A DNA stretch of 64,000 nucleotides from a bacterium (lineage in GTDB: Bacteria; Patescibacteriota; Saccharimonadia; Saccharimonadales; DATKHC01): positions 11,029-75,028 of the forward strand of contig JAJXXC010000006.1 in the NCBI GenBank assembly GCA_021781215.1. Direction: 5' to 3'. Positions 56,478-64,000 of this stretch are shown one piece after another. The position numbers were made by a program, and so were the translations under genes. How positions within the stretch are numbered: the stretch's first letter is position 1; each line of letters starts with the position of its first letter. The notes below the pieces were generated by a model that was given only the letters and a program-made list of their open reading frames with translations, did not search any database and was not told the origin of the DNA.

Positions 56478-57677
56478 ATGTCTTCATATAATTATCGTTC
56501 TAATCAAAGAACAAATACTAACCGTAATAGTCAACGCGGCGGACGTTACGCACCAAGAAATAATCGCCGAATGGGTCAATACATTGATCCATCTAGATTT
56601 GTTAAAGCCGCTAAACCGGTCGAAACTCTGGAGTATATTGCTAAATACCAATTTAGTGATTTCGCCGTTGACGATTTAGTTAAAAGAAACGTCGCAGCTA
56701 AGGGTTACGTAACCCCTACACCAATTCAAGACCAGACCATTCCATTAGGCCTAGAAGGCAAGGATGTAATCGGTATTGCAAGCACTGGTACCGGTAAAAC
56801 AGCGGCATTCGCGTTACCGATACTTACTAAATTAATTAGAGACAAAAATAGCAAGGCTTTAATCGTTGCCCCTACAAGGGAATTAGCCCAGCAAATCGAA
56901 GACGAATGTCGTTCATTAGCCAAGGGCAGCGGATTAACTGGTGCCTTACTTATTGGAGGAACTCAAATGGGTCCTCAGCTTAGAGACTTGTCTTCAAATC
57001 CTAGCATTGTTGTCGGTACTCCCGGTAGAATCAAGGACCATATCGAAAGGCGAACTCTTAAAATCGCTAACTTTAACATGGTTGTCTTAGACGAAGTCGA
57101 CAGGATGTTGGACATGGGTTTTATTAATGACGTAAGAGAAATTCTTAGTCAACTAGCTCCAGTCAGACAGTCATTATTCTTCTCAGCAACTATGGATTCA
57201 AAAGTTAAGTCACTAATCGAGAGCTTTTCTAAAGAACCAATCATGATTTCACTTAAGACTGGTGAGGCCAGCGAAAATGTTAACCAAGATGTTGTTAGAT
57301 ATTCAGGTGATAGTGAAAAACTTGAAAAGCTACACGATATTTTGATTAGCCAACAAGTAGAAAAATCTATTATATTTAGCGAAACTCAAAGAAGTGTCGA
57401 AAAGCTTAGCAATATGCTAATCGAAAGAGGCTTTAAGGCAGATGCAATTCACGGTGGTAAAACCCAGGGACAAAGGCAAAGAGCGTTGAATAGATTCAAG
57501 GCTAACGAGATTAAGATTTTAGTAGCAACCGACGTTGCCGCAAGAGGCATCGATGTAGCTGATGTTACTCACGTGATTAACTTCTCTCAACCACAGTCTT
57601 ACGAAGATTATATTCACCGAATTGGTCGTGCTGGTCGTGCTGGTCGAATCGGACACGCTCTGACTTTTGTAAATTAA
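56478..57677 (+). CDS. DEAD-box ATP-dependent RNA helicase
   Basis: Q motif TPTPIQ, ASTGTGKT, DEVD, SAT, HRIGRAGRAG; basic N-terminal tail. Confidence 0.9.
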   Translation: MSSYNYRSNQRTNTNRNSQRGGRYAPRNNRRMGQYIDPSRFVKAAKPVETLEYIAKYQFSDFAVDDLVKRNVAAKGYVTPTPIQDQTIPLGLEGKDVIGIASTGTGKTAAFALPILTKLIRDKNSKALIVAPTRELAQQIEDECRSLAKGSGLTGALLIGGTQMGPQLRDLSSNPSIVVGTPGRIKDHIERRTLKIANFNMVVLDEVDRMLDMGFINDVREILSQLAPVRQSLFFSATMDSKVKSLIESFSKEPIMISLKTGEASENVNQDVVRYSGDSEKLEKLHDILISQQVEKSIIFSETQRSVEKLSNMLIERGFKADAIHGGKTQGQRQRALNRFKANEIKILVATDVAARGIDVADVTHVINFSQPQSYEDYIHRIGRAGRAGRIGHALTFVN

Positions 57678-57689
57678 ATAATCGAATTT

Positions 57690-57765
57690 GGTGGCGCCTC
57701 CCAGACTCGAACTGGGGACACAAGGCTCTTCAGGCCTCTGCTCTACCAACTGAGCTAAAGCGCCA
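57690..57765 (-). tRNA. tRNA-Phe (GAA), CCA encoded
   Basis: GGCGCTT..GAGGC-CTGAAGA-GCCTT..CCCAG-TTCGAGT-CTGGG-AGGCGCC-A-CCA. Confidence 0.9.
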
Positions 57766-57862
57766 ATCAGTTTATTCTATTAGAAAATGGCGCTTTTCTC
57801 AATAGTGAAACTTGATTGCGGCATCTTTAAACGATATAATTTCTCTAGTCGTTTATAGATAT

Positions 57863-57938
57863 GCGAGTGTAGCTCAGCTGATAGAGCGCTTCCTTGCCAA
57901 GGAAGAGGCCACGGGTTTGAATCCCGTCACTCGCACCA
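57863..57938 (+). tRNA. tRNA-Gly (GCC), CCA encoded
   Basis: GCGAGTG..CTTCC-TTGCCAA-GGAAG..ACGGG-TTTGAAT-CCCGT-CACTCGC-A-CCA. Confidence 0.9.
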
Positions 57939-57950
57939 ATTTGCATTATT

Positions 57951-57972
57951 AGCCCCATCTAGGGGCTTTTTG
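57951..57972 (+). terminator. intrinsic terminator after tRNA-Gly
   Basis: AGCCCC-ATCT-AGGGGCT hairpin followed by TTTTT. Confidence 0.65.
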
Positions 57973-58096
57973 TTTAATTGGATAATGGCTTTATAGGTGT
58001 TAATTGGTTTAAAACTTAACTTTTTATCGTAAAGCACAGTATTGGCATTAGAAAAACACAGAGTCTATCTGCAGATACTTTTATTATTTAGCTTTT

Positions 58097-58330
58097 TTAT
58101 GTCAGCTTTTTTGTTGTACGTTTTTTGGACATAGTTAACTTGTGCGATTTATCCTGAGCCCTACTTGCCTTACTCGGCTGGCCGTCAAACCCGAGCAGCC
58201 AAATTGCTATTGGAAAGCAGACAACAGCGGCCATTAAACTGTAAATCTGTTCGCCTATCGTGAGGGCACTGTTGCCATATAATGAAGTAATAAATAATAA
58301 TGTTCCTAGGATTGCTCCCATTCCGAACAC
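58097..58330 (-). CDS. small two-TM membrane protein
   Basis: 77-aa ORF with a basic C-terminus. Confidence 0.4.
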   Translation of the reverse strand: MFGMGAILGTLLFITSLYGNSALTIGEQIYSLMAAVVCFPIAIWLLGFDGQPSKASRAQDKSHKLTMSKKRTTKKLT

Positions 58331-58670
58331 GTTAAATAATATTGTTGATAGAGTTTTGTTGATAGCTTAAACCTCTTGATTATTAGAATACTCTAGATAT
58401 CCATATTTTCAATGAAGTTATTATGTTAAAAAAAGATTCGAAATAACAAGATCACTGATCCAGGATGATTATCATTAAACATTTAGTGCCTTCCCCGACG
58501 CACCATTAGATTCCTAATAAGGTGCGTATCCTTACCCGCTTGCCACCCAAAAGTGAACGTTCTTACTGACTATTTTAGATTTAGATCTATCCGCTATTGT
58601 GACCATTGTCATAGAACTTGGGAGTATGTGGGCATATAAATACTAAGAGCAAATTAAATAGGAGGTTTTT

Positions 58671-59306
58671 ATGAATAAACTAACAGCTTGGATAATCACG
58701 GGCATTATAGTTGTAGGGATTGGCGCTACGGTCGTTGGTGTACTTATAGCCAATCGATCTTCGAATAATAAATTAGCAAGCACAACATCTTCTTCGACTA
58801 CTGCTACAATCTCTACGGATGAGCCATTACAAACACAGCAGCAAATAACTCTAAAAGACTGTCTTGCTGATACTTGCTTAAGAGTACCTGATCTTAGCTA
58901 TCCGGTAGCATCATTGCCAAGTAGCGTACAGACTGCATTATCCCAGTCTTTGGATAATGAGTACAAGATGCAGTCCTATTATCAGGCAGTCATCGATACC
59001 TTAGGGAGCCAAAGGCCTTTTGCGATGATAATTGGGGCCGAGACACAGCACGTTGCCGTAATTAACTCTTTGTATGAAAAATATGGTCTAAAATTAGAAC
59101 CCAATCAATGGGCCAATAAAACATACAATATAACCACTCTTACTAACGCATGTCAGACTGCAGCTGGTTATGAGCGTGACACGGTTAATTTGTATAATGC
59201 TTTATTGCCACAAGTAGCTAACTACCCAGACATAAGCCAAGTATTTACAAATATAAATGATGCCGCTAAAACCAGTCATTTGCCAGCCTTTGAAAAATGT
59301 TCTTGA
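58671..59306 (+). CDS. membrane-anchored DUF2202/ferritin-like protein
   Basis: N-terminal TM; EYKMQSYYQAVIDTLGSQRPFAMIIGAETQHVAVINSLYEKYGL resembles DUF2202; AGGAGG SD. Confidence 0.5.
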   Translation: MNKLTAWIITGIIVVGIGATVVGVLIANRSSNNKLASTTSSSTTATISTDEPLQTQQQITLKDCLADTCLRVPDLSYPVASLPSSVQTALSQSLDNEYKMQSYYQAVIDTLGSQRPFAMIIGAETQHVAVINSLYEKYGLKLEPNQWANKTYNITTLTNACQTAAGYERDTVNLYNALLPQVANYPDISQVFTNINDAAKTSHLPAFEKCS

Positions 59307-59427
59307 GACTCAGTACATTAAAAACTCGCATGCAGCCACTAAATCCATTGATCATATGACACTTTAATAAACTTGCAGCGTCTATTTAGCATCTGTGTTT
59401 TTATAGACTTAAGCGTAGAATTATAAT

Positions 59428-60540
59428 GTGGCTAAAAAACAAATAAGTAGAAGGGTACGCCGGCACTATATCCTAATAGGCCTACCCACTGCAGTGTTCT
59501 TAGTAGCAACAATAATTTTGTTGTATTGGTATTTTTCGGTAACTACTCCGAATCTACCTAAACCACCCCTAAAAGAGCTAGCTAAATCTCATAATATTGA
59601 ACTTGGTACTCACGTATCGCTTAGCCGGATTACCGACAAGCCCTATGTCAATATTGTTGTTTCTCAGTTTTCATTTATGACGATTGATGGTGAGGCGAAT
59701 TGGATTTCACTGCATCCGTCTCCACAGGTTTATAACTATGCTAAAGCCGATAAGTTGGTTGCTTTTGCTAAAGCCAATAATATGCCAATTCAAATACACC
59801 ACTTAGTATGGGGTGAACAAAAGTTTTTACCCAATTGGTTGAAAAATGGCCATTTTAATAAATCCCAACTCCTAGGTATTATTCACCAATATATTACTAA
59901 TGTGGTCAATCACTTTAAGAATAAAGTTGCAGTCTGGTCGGTCGTCAACGAAGCATTCACTAGGTCTCAACACACATATGGTCTGAGCGACTGGTGGGCG
60001 AATAATACTGGGGGCGAGACTACTTATATTGACGATTCATTTGTTTGGGCTCATCAAACAGATCCAAATGCTAAGCTAATCCTTAACGATTTCAATAATG
60101 AGACTGAAAATAATATCTCAAACTCAGAATATAGTTATATCAAAACCGCTAAAGCCAAGGGTATACCGATTAATGGAATTGGCATGCAAATGCATATTAA
60201 TGCAGCCAATCCGCCAAGTATAGGTGCTATGGTCAAAAATATGAAACGCTTTGCCGCTATAGGTGTCCCGGTATATATTACTGAATTCGATGTTAACTTA
60301 AATTCCGTAAAGGGAAGCAGTGCCTATAAAAATAAGCTACAAGCACAAATAACTTACAACGTAGTGAGGGCTTGCATTGAATCAGGGTCTTGCATAAGTT
60401 TCGATAATTTTGGAATAACCAACAAAGAAAGTTTTTTGAAATGGCTTGGACATACCGATTCACATTCCTTTTTATTCAACAGCCGATATCAACCTAAGGC
60501 GGCCTTTTATTCATTCCGTCAGGCATGGATGCAGAAATAA
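59428..60540 (+). CDS. glycoside hydrolase family 10 (endo-1,4-beta-xylanase-like), membrane-anchored (GTG start)
   Basis: WSVVNEAF (acid/base Glu) and YITEFDVN (nucleophile Glu). Confidence 0.75.
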   Translation: MAKKQISRRVRRHYILIGLPTAVFLVATIILLYWYFSVTTPNLPKPPLKELAKSHNIELGTHVSLSRITDKPYVNIVVSQFSFMTIDGEANWISLHPSPQVYNYAKADKLVAFAKANNMPIQIHHLVWGEQKFLPNWLKNGHFNKSQLLGIIHQYITNVVNHFKNKVAVWSVVNEAFTRSQHTYGLSDWWANNTGGETTYIDDSFVWAHQTDPNAKLILNDFNNETENNISNSEYSYIKTAKAKGIPINGIGMQMHINAANPPSIGAMVKNMKRFAAIGVPVYITEFDVNLNSVKGSSAYKNKLQAQITYNVVRACIESGSCISFDNFGITNKESFLKWLGHTDSHSFLFNSRYQPKAAFYSFRQAWMQK

Positions 60541-60636
60541 ACTCTTAGCCTCAGGTCAAAATTTTTAAAGACTAGAACCTATAAGTTTTTTAAAAATTAC
60601 TTGAGTCTAGTCAAGGTGTACTATTTAATTAGATTA

Positions 60637-61110
60637 ATGGAACATATTATTACTAAATTTATGGGACGGAAACTTATTATAGTGTCTCAGGGGCCGTCAA
60701 TAATTTCACTAGCATTCGATACCCAGCCTGAATTTAAATATTATTTGAATAATTCATATCAGAATAATCGATCTAACTTATTAACATCTGCTGTTAATGA
60801 GCTTGATGAATACTTAAAGGGCAAAAGAAAAACATTTGATATTAAATTCTCGTTTTCAGGAACAAAATTTCAAACATTAGTTTGGGCTGAGGTTAGCAAA
60901 ATTCCTTATGGCAGAACATTGTCGTATCTTGACATAGCTAATAATATTTTAAGACCTAAGGCCTATAGAGCTGTTGCTAATGCCGTTGGTAAAAACCCGA
61001 TTAGCATAATTATTCCCTGCCATCGGGTTATAAGATTAAACGGTGAAATCGGGGGTTATTCCGGGGGATTAGATATAAAGAAATCATTGCTCCTGCATGA
61101 GGCTCTTTAG
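60637..61110 (+). CDS. ogt: methylated-DNA--protein-cysteine methyltransferase
   Basis: IPYGRTLSY, NPISIIIPCHRVI, GGYSGGL; start set at the ATG at 60637. Confidence 0.85.
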   Translation: MEHIITKFMGRKLIIVSQGPSIISLAFDTQPEFKYYLNNSYQNNRSNLLTSAVNELDEYLKGKRKTFDIKFSFSGTKFQTLVWAEVSKIPYGRTLSYLDIANNILRPKAYRAVANAVGKNPISIIIPCHRVIRLNGEIGGYSGGLDIKKSLLLHEAL

Positions 61111-61157
61111 CTAGTTAATTTGAATTTTAGTCTGCATTGTCTGTTATAATTTATCGA

Positions 61158-61733
61158 ATGAAAAGACTGATTTTGGCATCATCCTCTCCGAGTAGGAAAT
61201 CTATTCTGGAACAAGCTGGGGTCGATTTTGAAGCGGATCCAAGTAGTTACGACGAAGATATGACCATAGATCTAGCTCCAGCTGAATTAGCTAAGCTGTT
61301 ATCGATGGGCAAGGCTAAAGATGTAGTAGCTAGGCACAAGAATGCAGTTGTTTTGGGGGCAGATAGTTTTGGAGTGTTTGAAGGCAATTTGTTAGGCAAG
61401 CCACATACTCTGGTTAAAGCTAGGCAAATGTTACAAATGCTTAGCGGAAATTGGCATGAATTTATTACCGGATTCACTATTATCGATAGCGATAGTGGTA
61501 AAACTTTTTCGGATTCAGTAACTACTAAATTATTATTTAAGCAATTAACCAGTGATGAAATAGATAGGTATTTAGCTAAAGAAGATGTATTGGAACTTGC
61601 AGGGGCCTACAGTATCCAAACACTGGGCGCAGTTATGGTCAAAAGGATTGAGGGGAGCTATAGCAATGTTTACGGCTTACCTATTTTTGAAGTCGCTGAA
61701 GCCTTGAAGAATTTTGGAATAGATTTTTTGTAA
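61158..61733 (+). CDS. maf: Maf-family nucleoside triphosphate pyrophosphatase
   Basis: LILASSSPSRKSIL, GADS, AGAYSIQ; start set at the ATG at 61158. Confidence 0.85.
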   Translation: MKRLILASSSPSRKSILEQAGVDFEADPSSYDEDMTIDLAPAELAKLLSMGKAKDVVARHKNAVVLGADSFGVFEGNLLGKPHTLVKARQMLQMLSGNWHEFITGFTIIDSDSGKTFSDSVTTKLLFKQLTSDEIDRYLAKEDVLELAGAYSIQTLGAVMVKRIEGSYSNVYGLPIFEVAEALKNFGIDFL

Positions 61734-61777
61734 AATTAATTCTATTTTTATTGATATAATTATCTGTAAGTTATGAT

Positions 61778-61851
61778 GGCGCTGTGGCGGAGTGGTTACG
61801 CAGAGGTCTGCAAAACCTTTTACGCCGGTTCAATTCCGGTCGGCGCCTCCA
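61778..61851 (+). tRNA. tRNA-Cys (GCA), CCA encoded
   Basis: GGCGCTG..GAGGT-CTGCAAA-ACCTT..GCCGG-TTCAATT-CCGGT-CGGCGCC-T-CCA. Confidence 0.85.
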
Positions 61852-61884
61852 AATAACTACAATCTTAAGTTATAATAATCTAAT

Positions 61885-61970
61885 GCCTGGGTGGCGGAAT
61901 TGGTATACGCGTTCGACTTAAAATCGAATGTTCAAAAGACGTGCGGGTTCAAGTCCCGCCCCAGGCACCA
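61885..61970 (+). tRNA. tRNA-Leu (UAA), long variable arm, CCA encoded
   Basis: GCCTGGG..TTCGA-CTTAAAA-TCGAA, variable arm, GCGGG-TTCAAGT-CCCGC-CCCAGGC-A-CCA. Confidence 0.9.
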
Positions 61971-61980
61971 ATTTACAGCA

Positions 61981-63417
61981 ATGAAAACATTTATCACAAC
62001 TTCAATTCCTTATGTTAATGGTCCACCACATCTTGGGCACGCCATGGAGTTTACTATTGCTGATGTTTTGGCAAGATATGCAAGATTAAGGGGAGATGAG
62101 GTAATTTTAAGTATTGGCACCGATGAACACGGTGGCAAAATTGCCGAGAAAGCCGAATCCCTAAAACTTACTCCACAAGAATTTACTGATCAAATGAGCC
62201 AGAAATTTCAGGATTTAGCAACTACGCTAGAGATTTCTAACGATCGATTCATCAGAACTACCGACAAGGACCACGAGGCTAGAGTTCAAAAAATCTGGGA
62301 GTCAATCAAAGACGATCTGTATATTAAACAATATCAGGCTTGGTATTGCACCGGAGATGAGGCTTTTTTCTCAGACGCGGTAGTGAAAAAGAATAACAAT
62401 GTCTGTCCGGAGCATAATCGACCATATGAAAAAATCGTAGAAGAAAACTATTTCTTTAAATTATCGAAGTATAATCAACGGATTAAAGATTTAATCGTTT
62501 CGAATGAATTTTTAATAATCCCTGAAACCAAACGAAATGAAATACTTAGTTTATTGGATGAAGGACTAGAAGATATCAGCGTCTCCAGACCTAAATCTAA
62601 AATATATTGGGGTATACCAGTTCCGGGTGATGAAAGCCAAGTTATTTATGTTTGGTTCGAGGCACTACTCAACTATATTACTGTTCTCGGTTTTCCCGAT
62701 AAATCCGATTTTAAAGACTATTGGCCAGCTAGTTATCAGGTTATAGGTAAGGATATAATTCGATTCCATGCAGCCATTTGGCCAGCGATATTGATGTCAC
62801 TGGGAATTGCTACTCCCAAAAAACTTTATGTCCATGGTTTTATAAATGTTGATAACCTAAAGATGAGTAAATCTTTGGGCAATTCAATTGATCCATTCGC
62901 AATCGTTGATCAATACGGTGCAGATGCGTTCAGATATTTTTTCTTAAGACATATTCCAAGCTATGATGATGGCAATTTTTCCTGGGAGGCAATGGCTAGC
63001 TCCTATCAGAATGAACTCGGAAATGAACTTGGAAATGCGGTTCAAAGAACTGCGGTGATGGTCAAAAATTATCTAGCCAGCGAGTTGCCGGAACCGGAGT
63101 CTAAAAAAGCCTACGATCAGGAAATCGGAAGTTTAATTGAGAACTGTAGATTCGACAAGGCTTTGGAACAAATTTGGCTAAGAGTTAAAAATTTAAATCA
63201 ATTCATTGAAGATCAAAAACCGTGGTCTTTATATAAAGCCGGCGAACAAAAAAAGTTAGTCTTGGTTTTAAACTCGCAAATTAAGGCACTTAGATATATT
63301 GCTGACTTACTACAGCCATTTATGCCTGACGTATCTGATAAAATTTCACTAATCTTTAATAGCAAACAGCTCAACCTTCCCGAACGAACTTTATTTCCAA
63401 GACGAGATCTTGATTAA
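61981..63417 (+). CDS. metG: methionine--tRNA ligase
   Basis: PYVNGPPHLGH (HIGH) and KMSKSLGN (KMSKS); start set after tRNA-Leu at the ATG at 61981. Confidence 0.9.
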   Translation: MKTFITTSIPYVNGPPHLGHAMEFTIADVLARYARLRGDEVILSIGTDEHGGKIAEKAESLKLTPQEFTDQMSQKFQDLATTLEISNDRFIRTTDKDHEARVQKIWESIKDDLYIKQYQAWYCTGDEAFFSDAVVKKNNNVCPEHNRPYEKIVEENYFFKLSKYNQRIKDLIVSNEFLIIPETKRNEILSLLDEGLEDISVSRPKSKIYWGIPVPGDESQVIYVWFEALLNYITVLGFPDKSDFKDYWPASYQVIGKDIIRFHAAIWPAILMSLGIATPKKLYVHGFINVDNLKMSKSLGNSIDPFAIVDQYGADAFRYFFLRHIPSYDDGNFSWEAMASSYQNELGNELGNAVQRTAVMVKNYLASELPEPESKKAYDQEIGSLIENCRFDKALEQIWLRVKNLNQFIEDQKPWSLYKAGEQKKLVLVLNSQIKALRYIADLLQPFMPDVSDKISLIFNSKQLNLPERTLFPRRDLD

Positions 63418-63418
63418 G

Positions 63419-64000
63419 ATGCAGCTAATAGATAGCCATTGTCACATCCATTCTCCGGAATATCAATTTGATATCGAACAAGTCTACCAATCTGCCTACC
63501 AGTCAGGAGTAAATAAATTTATTTGTATAGGCACCGATCTAGTCGATAGCTTGCAAGCGGTTAATTTTGCAATTTCTCATGACAATACTTGGTCTAGTGT
63601 AGGCATCCATCCTCACGAAGCCGATAAATTTAATAACCTACATAAATTGACTGAATTAGAAAAACTTGCAGCTATGAATAAAGTTGTGGCTATTGGTGAG
63701 TGCGGACTAGATTACCACTACAGCCATTCATCTAAGAAATCACAGCGAGAAATACTAGAGTTTCAGATAGATTTAGCAATCAAACAACAGCTGCCGATGA
63801 GCTTTCATGTTAGGGAGGCCTTTGAAGATTTTTGGCCTATATTCGATAATTTTCGTGGGGTAAGGGGCGTACTCCATAGTTTTACCGATTCACAGGCAAA
63901 TTTAGCCATGGCAGTCGATAGAGGGCTATTTATCGGAGTAAACGGGATTGCAACTTTTACCAAAGACCACGGCCAACTCGATATGTATAAACAGATTCCA
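63419..64000 (+). CDS. TatD-family metal-dependent hydrolase (3' end outside window)
   Basis: MQLIDSHCHI, GECGLDYHY, SFHVREA; the frame stays open to the window end. Confidence 0.85.
   Translation, partial: MQLIDSHCHIHSPEYQFDIEQVYQSAYQSGVNKFICIGTDLVDSLQAVNFAISHDNTWSSVGIHPHEADKFNNLHKLTELEKLAAMNKVVAIGECGLDYHYSHSSKKSQREILEFQIDLAIKQQLPMSFHVREAFEDFWPIFDNFRGVRGVLHSFTDSQANLAMAVDRGLFIGVNGIATFTKDHGQLDMYKQIP

Noticed and set aside
58440-58600. Possible structured leader or riboswitch upstream of the DUF2202 gene (ACGCACC...GGTGCGT hairpin)
   Set aside because: It is a single 7-bp hairpin. I recognise no known riboswitch, SRP-RNA, RNase P or 6S consensus, so the evidence is insufficient.
61891-61980. 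N-terminal extension of the metG ORF (MAELVYAFDLKSN...)
   Set aside because: This stretch is tRNA-Leu(UAA). The conserved MetRS N-terminus (MKTFITTSIPYVNGPPHLGH) begins at the ATG at 61981.

Overview
AT-rich 64-kb bacterial window with short intergenic regions and many small acidic or membrane hypothetical proteins. The gene content fits a reduced-genome lineage, possibly CPR/Patescibacteria (Saccharibacteria-like), but this is inference only. About 80 CDS are supported. Housekeeping genes include def, folD, pgk, tpiA, a pcrA/uvrD-like helicase, rsmA, typA, a DEAD-box helicase, metG, maf, ogt, tag, lepB and tatD. There are two ABC-2 exporter pairs, two fused ABC exporters and an MFS pump. Also present are tatA-tatC, a type IV pilin, a flavinylation (FMN-bind/ApbE/NqrB-like-FNR) module and a GH10 hydrolase. 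RNA genes are six tRNAs (Lys-CUU, Glu-UUC, Phe-GAA, Gly-GCC, Cys-GCA, Leu-UAA) and one tmRNA. I found no rRNA, CRISPR array, integrase or transposase. The main finding is a 7.5-kb array directly downstream of ssrA. It holds single-gene cassettes, nearly all co-oriented with ssrA, separated by at least ten direct repeats. Each full repeat copies the last 8-9 nt of the tmRNA plus its terminator, and adds a roughly 100-nt arm that keeps a codon-conserved micro-ORF on the opposite strand. A diverged version of the same repeat flanks a vapBC cassette downstream of tRNA-Glu, with serial copies of the tRNA-Glu 3' end. Together these look like an integron-like cassette system anchored on tRNA-like genes, with no recombinase in the window. 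Other notable items: two small paralogous proteins with Tat-signal-like RK motifs flank tatAC, one of them just upstream of a signal-less beta-helix, tail-fibre-like protein. That small-ORF/large-protein module is tandemly duplicated. Two adjacent ORFs are separated by an A10 tract containing a dnaX-type A_AAA_AAG slippery heptamer followed directly by a stop codon.
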